DNA of 64,000 bases from Paraspadella gotoi (Eukaryota; Animalia; Chaetognatha): the NCBI GenBank assembly GCA_051294375.1, contig CM119267.1, positions 6,350,121 through 6,414,120 on the forward strand, given 5' to 3'. Both the position numbers and the translations under genes were made by a program. Shown here piece after piece: positions 26,021-39,558 of this stretch. Within the stretch, counting starts at the first letter, position 1. Each line of letters opens with the position of its first letter. The notes under the pieces were generated by a model that had not been told where the DNA came from, searched no databases, and saw only the letters and a list, made by a program, of their open reading frames with translations.

Positions 26021-26911
26021 AGCAGGGATCTTCCACCTCAGTGACGACCCGCGGTTCTCTACGAGAGTAATTGGTGAAACCGAAAGGATAAATCCCCAGG
26101 ACCGAAAACATCAGGAGCCGTCTATTGGGCGCCTGTGCAGGGGCGGGCAACCAGCCTGTGCAGCAGCATACGGGGCGAGACAGGCAAGTCTCTAACAGAC
26201 GCTTTCAGCAGCACCACAAAACCTTATCGCGATGCGAGAGGACATTACCTATCTGCGTACGCTGAACATACAGTAAATACTGCCATCTATTTAGAGAGTC
26301 AGACTGGTCTCGTGCTGTCCATGACCAACTGGTTCTCAAGAGGTATTAGAGAGGCGATCTATATCAAAGCCTCGAGCCCTCTTTGAATCAGAATGGAGAC
26401 GATTCGATCTTCCTCAATGCGATCGATGATACGCTTATCAAAAGCGTAGTGGAGGCCCCGCCACCACCCACGTCCGCACAATGACTCCCCGTTTCTACTC
26501 AACGAAACAAGGGGAGACCTTTGCGCAGGCAATGGGCAAACGATGCCTCTCCTTTCAACTGCAGCAACTCACTCCCTCTCTCTGTGGGAGTAAGCGCCCA
26601 CCAAAAAGGCGGCTCGCTGGAGGAAGGAGAGGAGTCCACAACTCATGTCGCAAAAGCGGAAGAACGGACAAGCCACCCATCTCGCCAGCAGACGAGAAGA
26701 GGGCAGTCGACAGGCGTACCAAGGACAGAGAGACATCAGGAGTAGCTTTGGACTCTTCCCGCAATGGAAGCCTACCCAGTCCATCAAATACATGGCTCAA
26801 TCGATATGACCTCTCAGCCACTGACGCGCCAATGACTCGACCACATCGTCACTACCTCTCATTTGCTTCAACCAAAGGGGGCCAGCTCATTTTGAGTCTC
26901 TTTCTTAATAC
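26021..26911 (+). pseudogene. Duplicate copy of the PLE GIY-YIG remnant
   Basis: Same ORF-track translations at +9591 (26135..26386, 26481..26915). Confidence 0.8.
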
Positions 26912-27152
26912 TTAATATTTCAACTTTCCAAATTAATATCTTCTAACTTAATCTCTCTTTTCCTTTCACATTTCAATTTCCAACTGTTTTATACTTTCAA
27001 TTTTATTTATTAAGTAGTTTAATGTTAAAAATATTTATTTCACTGTTAGTTAAAATATTTATCTTTGTTGTTACATTGCACAATGTATTGTACTAATGTT
27101 CCTTTTTTTTTCTCTCTCTCCTCTTCTCTCTTCTCTCTGCCCTTCCCTCCTC

Positions 27153-27187
<35 letters not shown>

Positions 27188-27432
27188 TTTAATTTCTTTT
27201 CACAGTCTAACTTAATCTGGTCTTCCACCTTGACCTGTCCCTCACATCGACCCACCTATTTCTTTTTTCTTTTCAAACTCTGTGTTGGAAACTTTTGCCC
27301 TGTCTCAATGTCTCTCTCTTCGGTCTCTCTTCTCTGCCTCTCTCTCTCGTCTTCTCTCTCTCTCTCTCTCTCTCTTACTTTTCCTTTGCAACAAATAATT
27401 TTGTAAAAGTTCACAAAACAATTTTTCTCTAT

Positions 27433-27476
27433 GACGCCTGAAGAAGGCTTGTAACTAAAGCCGAAACATGTACGTC
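27433..27476 (+). ncRNA. Hammerhead ribozyme (duplicate of 17842-17885)
   Basis: Identical sequence at +9591. Confidence 0.75.
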
Positions 27477-27798
27477 CTTATGTACTAATAAAATCGTTGT
27501 TGCAAATAAACTCAAACTTATTTCTAAAAAATAACTTAAAAAATCATATTTATTTCTTTCGTAACTTCTTCCTTTAAATTTCATCACCCATTTTTTAAAT
27601 CTTGATTTCACTTGTTCATTTTTCTCTGTCACCTTTTTCATATTCATTTCATCATTTTATTTCTTCATTCTTCTTTTTTTTTTTCATTTTTTCGTTTCTT
27701 TTTCTTTTCAATCGACTTTTTCTTCCCACCCAAAACGGTCATTTGGCGGGAAAATTTGAATTTTAAGAGACGACGCCGTGAACGACATTATTCAAATC

Positions 27799-27869
<71 letters not shown>

Positions 27870-28185
27870 TCTTCTCTCTGTCTCGCGAGATGAAAGCGTT
27901 CACTTCCCTCATTTTTCAACGTGGAAAAAGTAAATATTTCACCAATTTTTTTTTCTTCACCCGGTAATGATAATGATCTCCGACTCAAGCAAATTGTTTT
28001 CCTTCCAATGGTTGGGGATGAACTTTCTTTACCGAGATCATATTTTTTTCAAATTTGGGAATTTATCACTAATTACAAGTTTTATTCATAATTTGTAATT
28101 CTGAAACGCGATCCGACATCTGATCGACGAATGTTAATTTAAATTCACTCCAAAGATTTCTCTTTTTTTCCCTTTCTTTTCTCTC

Positions 28186-28227
<42 letters not shown>

Positions 28228-28309
28228 AGACGCCCTTCGGCAATGTCACCCTTTTTTTCTTTTTTTCCGTCTTTTCCTCGTCACNNNNNNNNNNNNNNNN
28301 NNNNNNNNN

Positions 28310-28605
28310 GGAAAAAGAGAGAATCTTTGGAGTGAATTTAAATTAACATTCAGTCGATCAGATGTCGGATCGCGTTTTCAGGAATTACAAATTATGAATA
28401 AAACTTGTAATAGTGATAAATTCCAAATTCCAAATTTGAAAAAAATATGATCTCGGTAAAGAAAGTTCATCCCCAACCATTGGAAGGAATAACAATTTGC
28501 TGAGTCGGAGATCATTATCATTACCGGGTGAAGGAAAAAAAAATTGGTTGAATATTTACTTTTTCCACGTTGAAAATGAGGGAAGTGGGAACGCTTTCAT
28601 CTCGC

Positions 28606-28641
<36 letters not shown>

Positions 28642-28731
28642 NNNNNNNNNNNNNNNNNNNNNNNNNNNNNNNNNNNNNNNNNNNNNNNNNNNNNNNNNNN
28701 NNNNNNNNNNNNNNNNNNNNNNNNNNNNNNN

Positions 28732-28769
<38 letters not shown>

Positions 28770-31700
28770 ATTTGAATAATTCGTTCGGCGTCGTCTCTTA
28801 AAATTCAAATTTTCCCGCCAAATGACACGTTTGGGTGGGAAGAAAAAGTCGAGTTGAAAAGAAAAAGAAACGAAAAAATGAAAAAAAAGAAGAAATGAAG
28901 AAATAAAATGATGAAATGAAATGAAAAAGGTGACAGAGAATAAATGAACAAGTGAAATCAAGATTTAAAAATGGCGTGATGAATTTAAAGGAAGAAGTTA
29001 CGAAGAATAAATATGATTTTTTAAGTTATTTTTTGAAAATGAGTTTCGGAGAAATAGAATGCAATTCGTGACGTCTTTTTTTGAGAATTAGGTTTGGGAC
29101 GTCGTTTATAATCGTCAATTGACGAATGAAAAAAAAAGATTTACGTCGTTATTTTAAAAAACGAAAATTGTTTTTAGTTCTACACAATAACTTATTTTGC
29201 CCTGAAGAGTCTAACACATATTCGAAACTTCACCGAAATAAATTTTTTTGATTGAATTGAACTTAAACACAACGATCCGAAAGATCAAGAAACGATTCAA
29301 TGTCGATATTGTGAAAAAAATAATCTTTGGGACCTTATCAAAGCGTTAAATTGTACAACAAAAACAATGGAAGTTTATCTCGTTATNNNNNNNNNNCGGA
29401 GAAATAGAATGCAATTCGTAACGTCTTTTTTTGAGAATTAGGTTTGGGACGTCGTTTATAATCGTCAATTGATGAATGAATTTAAATAAAGATTCACTTC
29501 GACGCTCCGTAGCTTACGTCCTTATTTTAAAAAACGAAATTTTTTTTTTTAGTTCTACACAATAACTTATTTTGCCCTAAGAGTCTAATACATATTCGAA
29601 ACTTAACCGAAATTTATAACTTTTTTTGATTGAATTGAACTTAAACACAACGATCCGAAAGATCAAGAAACGATACAATGTCGATATTGTGAAAAAAATA
29701 ATCTTATAAAAATAACCTTATCAAAGCGTTAAATTGTACAACGAAAACAATGAAAGTTTATCTCGTTATTAAAGGTTATTCAAAGTCGGAAGCGAATTAC
29801 GTTGACTTGTAATTTCGTTACCTGAAGGGAATTAGATTTAATCTTAATGAGGAAAGGAAAATGTGCATCTTGGGAAAAAGGAAGGAAAGGGAGGAAAAGG
29901 AAGGAAAGGAGGAAAGGAAATTAAGGAAGAAAATGGAGGAAAGAGAAAAAAATGGAAGACAATGAAAATTTTTTTTGTGAGTTGTTATTTTTTTTTCCGC
30001 TTTATTTTCATCTAAATGGGTTTGAACTTTGAAATAATAGATATTTGGTATAAATAAAGTACCTATTTACCTATTTAAAACCTATTTACATTTTTTAAAA
30101 TAAAAATTTCAATATGTCTATTACTAGAAACGTTTGCAATGGCTATAATTAAATTGATTATACCTAATTATGTAAAAACTGTAAAAGATTGGAAATAAAT
30201 GTTGAACATTTAAATGTTCAGCCCTTTCGTAGGTTACACGAAGCTTTAAAAAGAATAAAAGGCAAATTGTTTTAGAAAATTATTTTGCTAAATTTGTGAC
30301 AAATAATAAAAACTGTATAATTAAATTGATAAGCAATTCCCAAACTATAATTTGACTCTAATGAATAATTTATTGACGCCGTGACAACCTCGTCCTCGGA
30401 AACGATAAATAGGCGGCGGCCATCTTGGAATCGCGCGGCCTCCAAGTCTCGGTTCCAACTCGCGATTCCGTTGTCTTTCCGCAGAGTCTCGTTGTCGTCG
30501 TCGTTTTCGTCGTCGTCTTGATCGTCGTCCCTATCTTTCCCTCGAGATCCATAATCACACACACATTGAAAACGACATTCCGTTGACTTTTCCGTGGAAA
30601 TAATCTCTCTCTCTCTAAAACGTGAGGAGATCAAAACTCGCATTTTAGGTAAAGAAGTAAAAAGAAAAACGAGGAGGAAAGAAAAAGAGAGGTGAATCTA
30701 GTAAAGAAGGGGAAAAGGAAAGAGAAGAAAGGAGAATATATACAAAGGAAAAGGAAAGAGAAAAGAGGAAAGGAAAAGTAGGAAATCTATAAAGAGTGGA
30801 AAGAGAAGTGAGAAAAAAGATTAGGGAAGAAAAAAGACGAAAAAGCAAAGAAGCCAGAGATAGAAATTGTTAAACGAAAAATGACTAAAATAAGAAGAAA
30901 GAAAAGAAAAGAATAGAGAGAGAAGAAGAGAAGGAGGAGATTAGAGAGAGAGAGAAGTAAGAGAGCGAAGAGAAGAGAGAGAGAGAGGAGAAGAGAGAGA
31001 AGAGAGAGTAGAAACTTCTCTTTTCTTCTTTTTCTCACCGATAAGCGAACTTCGAAGGGACGCGTCGTAACGACTTTCTTTCCTCGCCGCTACGGTGGCG
31101 AGCGGACGGGAAATCCGGTAAAGTCCGGGATCGGACGCCGAATAATGCAAATGGGAGACTGGAAAATCGGACCAGAACTGCTTTAAAAATTAAGACGAGA
31201 GAAGGAGAAGGCTGGGGTTTGGGGAAGAGGGGAGAGTGGCCAAAGGGTGGGGGCGGGGGAATTCTGGGGGGGAGAGGAATGGATTAAAAATCCTAAGCGG
31301 ATCGGACAGAATTCTATAAAAAGGTTCGGTCCGGATGTTATGCATATATAAGTCCGGTCCTGGCTAAATCTAGCCAAATGAGAGAAGAGAGAGGGAGAGG
31401 AGGAAAGAGAGAGAGAGAGAGAAGAGCAGAGAGAGAGAGAGAGAGAGAGNNNNNNNNNNNNNNNNNNNNNNNNNNNNNNNNNNNNNNNNNNNNNNNNNNN
31501 NNNNNNNNNNNNNNNNNNNNNNNNNNNNNNNNNNNNNNNNNNNNNNNNNNNNNNNNNNNNNNNNNNNNNNNNNNNNNNNNNNNNNNNNNNNNNNNNNNNN
31601 NNNNNNNNNNNNNNNNNNNNNNNNNNNNNNNNNNNNNNNNNNNNNNNNNNNNNNNNNNNNNNNNNNNNNNNNNNNNNNNNNNNNNNNNNNNNNNNNNNNN

Positions 31701-34262
31701 NNNNNNNNNNNNNNNNNNNNNNNNNNNNNNNNNNNNNNNNNNNNNNNNNNNNNNNNNNNNNNNNNNNNNNNNNNNNNNNNNNNNNNNNNNNNNNNNNNNN
31801 NNNNNNNNNNNNNNNNNNNNNNNNNNNNNNNNNNNNNNNNNNNNNNNNNNNNNNNNNNNNNNNNNNNNNNNNNNNNNNNNNNNNNNNNNNNNNNNNNNNN
31901 NNNNNNCAACGAGGAAGTCATTTATTCATTGTGGCGCCAAGGCCAAAAAAAATATATGAGGAAATTTTTAACTTCGGAAAACATCCATGAAATTTAACTG
32001 GTTTCTTTTTGTTTGCGCGAACAACGCGACTTTATGTATAAGTAACATTATTAGTAACCTCTAAGTCTAACTAAAGTCTAGACCCTGAACGCGACAATTG
32101 AACCTTTGAAATGTAATTAATCCTTATATATAATAGCAATATCGGATAACGATCGGTTGGTTTCCACGTCTCATACAAACCGTAAACCAACGTCACCGAT
32201 ACTATCTCAACGCGAAGTTTCCTTAGCTATGTTACCATAGTTCACATTTCCATAGTCAAGCCGCTAATCCCTGCACTGCGCGCTTTGAAGAAATTAGGTC
32301 TATAATGAAGCGCGAGGAGAGAGAGTGAGACAAGGAGCGCATAATTAGCAACAGGAAGCTTCTTCAGGCAAAAAAGGAGACGTTCGTTGGTTGGAAGTTG
32401 GCGTCTGGGTTTTTAGGCACGCCGCTTTGGTTTTTGGAAGAAGCTACTGGATGTGGACCATGGATAAAATTTTGTTTAATTTTTAACAAAATTATTTTAT
32501 TTTATTTTTTTTGATAATCTTTAAAAAAGTTTATCATTTTTTAAATCGAAAAAAAATTAAAGTTTTTAATTTCTACATATTTAAAAAACTTATCAGAATA
32601 AAAAATTAATCTAAAAAAATATAATAAAAAAAAATTGATATCGAAAAAAAATTTAAGAAAAAAATTTAATAACATTAAGAATTTTAAACTATTTAATAAA
32701 AAAATTTAATATTATTTTAATATATTTTATTTTATTATTATTTATTATTCATAAAATTTTTTCCGACGAGTCCGTCAGCGTGCCGAACTTTGCGAGTGCA
32801 GCTCTTAATGAATGATCATAGTTGAGTGGGCGTGGCGACTGGAGACGGCCAAGTATTAGGGTTGGTAAGCAGGCAAAACTTTATACATCTAGTAATCAGG
32901 GGAACCGGAGAAAATTTTTACTCGACCGCGTTAGGAACGAACAAAAGGGTTGGGCATACGTATTTTCTTTTTGGCATCAATGAGCGCAATGAACCCTGAT
33001 CGTCGGCAGAGAAAAGATTAAAAAAAAAAAAATAAAATAAAAGAAAAAGATTTGATCCTTTGGGTTCTTTCGCCTTCGGCATCTTCATTACCCCAGTTTT
33101 AAACGATTCGAGAGGCGCTTCCTTTTTTTCTCATTTGCATATTTCGGTAAAAACTCGATTTTCATTTTTTTTTGTCTAACGACGTCGAGAGTGGCAGTCG
33201 GCTTCCTCTTTTTAGCCGGACCACTTCTCTCCTCTCTTCTCGCCCTCCCTTCTCTGCTTAGTACCTCTCTTTGTTATCCTCTCTCTATTTCAACTCTTTT
33301 CTCTCAAGCTTTAACTTCCGCATTGACGCATCCGTCCTTTCCTTCTTTCCTTTTCTTTTTTCTCCTTTCCTTCTTTCCTTTTCTTTTTTCTTCTTTCCTT
33401 TTCTTTTTTCCTCTTTCCTTCTTTCCTTTTCTTTTTTCTCCTTTCCTTCTTTNNNNNNNNNNNNNNNNNNNNNNNNNNNNNNNNNNNNNNNNNNNNNNNN
33501 NNNNNNNNNNNNNNNNNNNNNNNNNNNNNNNNNNNNNNNNNNNNNNNNNNNNNNNNNNNNNNNNNNNNNNNNNNNNNNNNNNNNNNNNNNNNNNNNNNNN
33601 NNNNNNNNNNNNNNNNNNNNNNNNNNNNNNNNNNNNNNNNNNNNNNNNNNNNNNNNNNNNNNNNNNNNNNNNNNNNNNNNNNCTCCTTTCCTTCTTTCCT
33701 TTTCTTTTTTCTCCTTTCCTTCCCATCATCTCCTCTTTCTTTCCCTTCTTTTGCCTTCCTTTTCTTCTCTTTTCTTTTCTTTTTCATTTTCTACTCTCCC
33801 TCTCTACAATTTTATTTTCTACCCTCTCCTTCTCCTCCCTCTCTCCCTCCCTCTCTCCCTCCCCTCCCCCTCCTCCTCTCTCTCTTCTGGGCTGAGAAAA
33901 TCATCTTTTTCTAATTTTCTTCTCCAAACTCATTATTTTTTCTTCTTTTTCTGTTTAAAAAAAAAAAAANNNNNNNNNNNNNNNNNNNNNNNNNNNNNNN
34001 NNNNNNNNNNNNNNNNNNNNNNNNNNNNNNNNNNNNNNNNNNNNNNNNNNNNNNNNNNNNNNNNNNNNNNNNNNNNNNNNNNNNNNNNNNNNNNNNNNNN
34101 NNNNNNNNNNNNNNNNNNNNNNNNNNNNNNNNNNNNNNNNNNNNNNNNNNNNNNNNNNNNNNNNNNNNNNNNNNNNNNNNNNNNNNNNNNNNNNNNNNNN
34201 NNNNNNNNNNNNNNNNNNNNNNNNNNNNNNNNNNNNNNNNNTTAAAAAGTAATGATTTGCAT
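28310..34262 (-). repeat. Inverted third copy of ~10910-18590 lacking the PLE (probable alternative haplotype), with gaps and an internal re-inverted piece
   Basis: 28310 onward is the reverse complement of ~18590 backwards. 32202-33969 is the reverse complement of ~11300-13252. 30643-31449 is a noisy forward copy of ~13696-14420. 29047-29386 is repeated at 29397-29766. Confidence 0.9.
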
Positions 34263-34709
34263 ATCATCAAGACTAAATATTTTTTGCCCTATTTTTATCT
34301 CTCTTTTTTAAAGATATTTAAATAAATTACATATTCGTAGCTAATACATAATAAAAAAGGGAATAATTTCCCTCATTATCAAAAAAGCTCAATGAGGCGG
34401 ATCGACTCGGTCTCGCGACTCGCGCAAATTGAAACTTTTTTGGGTCAACGAATTTCCAGTCGAGATTTCATTCTTCCGCATCATTATTCGCCCTAATTAT
34501 TTCTTCGGCTTCTTCTTCTTTATAACATCTTCATAGTCAACTCCATTATTTCTCACTCGCCTCATTTTACTGTCTCTCACTCCTCCTTATTTGCCCTTTT
34601 ATCGTTTCTCTTCTTTCCTTCATCATTGTAGTAACTTCTCCCTCTTCCTCCTCCTCCTCCTCCTCCTCCCTCATAACGGACTTTTCCAATCATTTCCTGT
34701 TCTGATTGT

Positions 34710-34927
34710 CTGCGGCTGACTGCGGCTGACTGCGGCTGACTGCGGCTGACTGCGGCTGACTGCGGCTGACTGCGGCTGACTGCGGCTGACTGCGGCTGAC
34801 TGCGGCTGACTGCGGCTGACTGCGGCTGACTGCGGCTGACTGCGGCTGACTGCGGCTGACTGCGGCTGACTGCGGCTGACTGCGGCTGACTGCGGCTGAC
34901 TGCGGCTGACTGCGGCTGACTGCGGCT
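34710..34927. repeat. Perfect 10-bp tandem array (TGCGGCTGAC) x ~21.7
   Basis: 21 identical units from 34711 plus a partial TGCGGCT. Confidence 0.98.
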
Positions 34928-36557
34928 CCGATTCTTCGAACTGAGAAAGTTTATTCCGTCTTCTTTATTTCTTTTTTTTCGGAGTATTTAAAGCCCCTTA
35001 ACTACAAAGCCCCTTAAGTACATAGTAGTAATGAAAAAAGCTCTTACTTCATTAATTCTGTTTTCCAGTGAGCAGTGATTACGACACACCGTTGTACGTT
35101 GCCCACAACTTTCTAAGTTTGTCCCCGTCGAGGATTCAAATCACTGCACTGTATTTCACGCTCTTCTTTACCCCAGCAATGATCCATAAAACCATCCAAC
35201 GAATCACATCAGCCTGAATCTAAATTCGGATTTTCGCAAAACCAACCATAAATAATAGGACCGATATTAAATGCAAATTAGATACTCTTACGGTTGGTCA
35301 CGTATTCTCTCAAAAGGTAAGTACAAAAAATCGGTTAACCAAGTAATTTAGTAAGTCAATACTTGAGCCACTCATCTCGAGAGTCGTGCATTCGATTCTC
35401 CACTTTCCCGCCAATCGCTTCAGCTCTTTGTCAAATCCTCTTTTAGTCTCTCTACTTCCCCTTTTCTGCTTTTATTTTCTTTATTTCGCTTTTTTTTTCG
35501 CTTTTTTTCCCCTTTTTTTAAGTTCGAAAATGAAAACTTCCTTCTCTTCTCATCCTTTCTTTTTTCTTTACTGGCTGCAATGAGTATTTTTAGCTTTCTT
35601 TCGCGAGACCTCGGGTTAGTTTTCTTTCTTCTTTTTCTTTCTTCTTTCTTTCTCTTTCTTCTTGCTTTCTTTCTTCTTTCTTTCTTTCTTTCTTCTCTTC
35701 TTTCTTTCTTTCTCTTTCTTCCTTTCTTATCCGTCTCTCTTTTCGTTTCTTTCTTTCTTTTTCATATTTTCTCCCGCATTCGATCTTCCCTCCATCTCTC
35801 CACTTCCTTCTCCTTTTTTCTCCTCATTCGTCTTCATTCGTTCTGAATATTCCGTAGAAGGAGTAATCGTTTGATGTCGCGGAGAGAGAGAAAAAACTTC
35901 CAATTAGCGATAAACGATAATAAGAAGAGAGCGTAGTGTTGAGTTTCGTTGTCTAGCAGGTTGACGAATGAGGAGTAGAGCAGTAGAGTAGTTATAGAAG
36001 AGAGAGTAGAGATGACGTAGTAGTAGAGAGTAGGAGGATGTAGAGAGAGAGGATTTGGTCCGCGCGCTCGCCGTCCGACAGCTAATCGTTCTGTCTTCGT
36101 CGTCGTAATTGTGTGGCGATTTGTTCATTGATGACTCTCGTCTATCCTCTTCTCTCTTCTCTCTTCTTCTGTTACTTCTATCTTCTCTGTCTCTCTCCTC
36201 TCTCACTCTCTCTCTGTCCTCTCTCCCCGTCCCCCTCTCTCCTCCGCGTCGGAAGTCCCTGCAAGCTTTCCTCGTAAACTGCATCTTGTATGCCTCTTCT
36301 TTGTCGCTCCTCTCCTTTCGGTTCTCTCGTACTTCAAGGTAAGCTCGGTACAATACTCTCTGGTATCGTCTTCTCTCTCGGTCCTCGTCATCTCTCCTGC
36401 TCTCTTGCGTCTCGTCTCTCAGTATCTCTCTCTCTCTCTTCCTCTCTCCTCTCCACTCTCGACTCCAAAGTCTTTTTACCCAATTAGCGTTGGCAACCGC
36501 GATCGGCGGATTGCCGGGCTGGCGCGGACAGAGACAGAAAGAAGAGACAAGAGAAGC

Positions 36558-36600
<43 letters not shown>

Positions 36601-37336
36601 GGAGAGAGAGTAGAGCAGATGAGAGAGAAATCGCGAGCAAGAGACAAGATGTATAGCAATGACTACTAGGATGAGCTTAAATGACTTGAAACTGTAAAGA
36701 CTGCATTGCGTCTTAAGTTACTAATTGTCTATATTTATCTTTATATAACTTTGCTACTCATTGCATTCATTTCAATTCATACAACTGCATAACTATGAGG
36801 ATGACAAATGGCTAAGTAACATTTATCATTTACAATCGGTGCGCTGCATTCTCTCTTCATAGAGATTGCCGCAATCCACGATCCACCCCGGTATAAAATT
36901 CCACCTAGACTCGAGCGCTGGGGACATTAGACAACTCGTATTGAAATTCTTTTCTGTTTAATAATTCTCCCAATCGTGGACCGAGGCGCCTCGTCCATGG
37001 ATTGCCATTGTTCTTCTGTTTGTTTCGCTTTGTTGTTGTAATTTTTTTATTTGTTGTCTGGTTGTCGGTCCAGTCGATATCATATAGATCGCGATGGACA
37101 ATGGACTTTGAATAGGCCACGAACTGAAGGACGACGATGACGATGACGACGACGGCGGCGATAGAGATTAGTAGGCGGTATCACTTCGGCGGATTACGTA
37201 AACAAACAAGAGACAATAACGTCGATGAAGAGGAAGCCGGATGTGGATAATTAAGAGAAGAGAGAGAGAGAAGAGAAGAGAAGAGAGAGAGAGAGAGAGT
37301 AGAAGAGAGAGAGAAGAGAGAGAGGAGAGAGAGAGA

Positions 37337-37450
37337 GATTTGATTTGATTTGATTTATTGTGCTCATAATGTCAATAAAAGTTTATAAAAGACATTTACA
37401 ATCACAGGATCGTAAGAGAGCCGTACATGAATATTATGTACATACTAATC
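37337..37450 (-). mobile_element. Possible 3' terminus of a non-LTR retroelement with an (AAATC)n tail
   Basis: The minus strand ends ...GAGCACAATAAATCAAATCAAATCAAATC, i.e. AATAAA running into a short tandem tail. No coding remnant is seen. Confidence 0.3.
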
Positions 37451-38189
37451 AAATTAAATAGAAAAATTCTAGAGAGAGAGAGAGCCAGAGAGAGAGAGAG
37501 AAAGAGAAAGAGAGAGAGAGAAAGAGAGAGATAATCATGAAATATACAAGAAAGTAGAAAACAGGTCTCAACAAATACTACGTTCAATAAGTGCGAGATT
37601 ATAATCCGATCCGAAAGATAAAAGATCAAAAGAGAGAAAAAAAAGATATAAAGTCTTTTCTCTTTTCTTCGCCGCGAGAAAAAAAAATGGAAAAGTTGAG
37701 ATGAAAACGAAGAAAGAAAATTTGTTACGCATCGCGACGGTGGTAATGAATTCTTTTGTATTACGAATTTAAAAAGAAAAGAAAAGAAAAAGAGAAAAAG
37801 AAAAAAAAAAAAGAGAAAAGATAAAAAGATGGAAGGCGAAATTGATGTCGCTATGTTTCCTCCTCCCAGAGGACAGTTGGCAAAAAAAGAAAAAAGAATA
37901 ACAATAAGAAGAACTGGAAGTCGACGGACCAACTTTTTTCCATTTTCCTTCTTTTTTTCCCTTTTTCTGTATTTTTTATTTTAAGTTTTTTTCCCTCATT
38001 TTCTGTTTTTTTTCATTTTCCCTTTACTGTTCCGATTTTTTTACAAATTTTTGTCTTTTTCTGTTTTCCAAATTACGTTTCTGTTTTTACTCTGTTCTGT
38101 TTTTCAGATTTGCTCTTGATGTTTGCCTATTTCTCTCCTTTGTCCTTACCTTTCTGTTTTTCTTTTTCCTTCCTTCTTTCTTTCACCTT

Positions 38190-39259
38190 TTTCTATTTTC
38201 CTTCTCACTCAATTCCTTGTTCCCCTTTCTGTTTTTTTTTCTTTCCCCTCTTTCTGTTCTCTCATTTCTCATACGTACACGTACACATCGCTCGTCACGC
38301 GTACAAACAAGCGATTAACGATCGTACTCGTTACACGCACATTCTCATCCATTAAACGCGCGCCAATATAGAGAAAGATTCGCACGCGCCCGAGCAAAGG
38401 CTTTGGAGTTTGATGCAAAGTCATTAGCGTCTCATTCTTTTCCTCCCCATTTTTTTTTCTCATCCTACCACTCACCCAATTTTTTCTTAATTCCCATTTC
38501 CCACTCTCCCTCCATCCATTTGTCCTTAACCCTTTCTACCCTCTCTTCCCCTCCCTCTCTCCCTCTTTTCCTCTCTCCCTCTCCCCTCTCTTCCTCCTCC
38601 CCTTAATATCCCGTCCCGGTCTCTTTTTTCCCTTCACATTCCATAAATTCCCGGCGTCCATAATATTAATATTCATATTTCCTACATTTCTGCGCCATTT
38701 CTCCGCTTCGGTCTCTCGAGCGCCGACGGTGATCGTAACCCGATGCGTCCACGCGCTTCTCTCTAGATGAGACTTTTTTTTGTCATGGAGATTTATCATC
38801 ATGAATTCGGGTACATGCCTTTCTTTTCATTCCGCGTAATGACACGCATTTAAGTTTCCAAACTGTTTATTTGTGTTTAATTGTCTTACGATATTATTCT
38901 TCAAATCATAATTTGGTATCTCAACCTTCCGCTTTTTAAGATATTCTTAACATTCTAAACATAATTAATTTTCTAAACGTTTTCTAAACGTTTTTTAAAC
39001 TTACTTAACTTTCTAAACGTTTTCAAAAGCCTTATTTGCTTCCCGTTGCTTGCTCTAGGTCGCCGCGCTATGATTGGTTCCAAATCGAAATGCATTCTCA
39101 CCGTCTACAATTGTCAGAAGATAAGCTTTAAATAATTTCACTCATATCCCGTCTTGGTAATTCACCTCCTTCTGCCCGCGGAGTCACGACTCGAATTTAA
39201 AACTCATTCGCTTAACTTGTTTTCCGTCGAAATCGAAGCGGAACAAACGAGGAAAGGAC

Positions 39260-39291
<32 letters not shown>

Positions 39292-39520
39292 CGACGCAGG
39301 AATTTCAGATTCCACTCATGATCCCCGACGCGTTGTCAACCTGCTTTGTTTTTCGGTTCGTTAAACAAAGCCGATCTGCCATCCCGTGTGTTGTTGTTAT
39401 CCTCGGTTGTCACCTCACTATTTAGTTTCCTATCTTTTCTACCTCTACATGTTTTTCCTGCCTTTTTTCCTTTTCACTTTTCTTTCACATTTCACATTCA
39501 TCTTTAAATGAAGTTACCTA

Positions 39521-39558
<38 letters not shown>

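Larger units (their letters stand above)
25287..27526 (+). mobile_element. Second copy of the same Penelope-like element, inside the 9591-bp-offset duplication
   Basis: Appears identical to 15696-17935 at +9591, with the same flanks and TSD. It is the same insertion represented twice, not an independent insertion. Confidence 0.85.
20479..28284 (+). repeat. Copy B of the ~7.8-kb direct duplication (ends at a 25-N gap)
   Basis: See copy A. Long homopolymer and microsatellite lengths are conserved between the copies. Confidence 0.97.

Noticed and set aside
31370-34270. Long ORFs containing X runs (also 9100..9704, 43777..44539, 60896..61858)
   Set aside because: They are open only because they cross N gaps.
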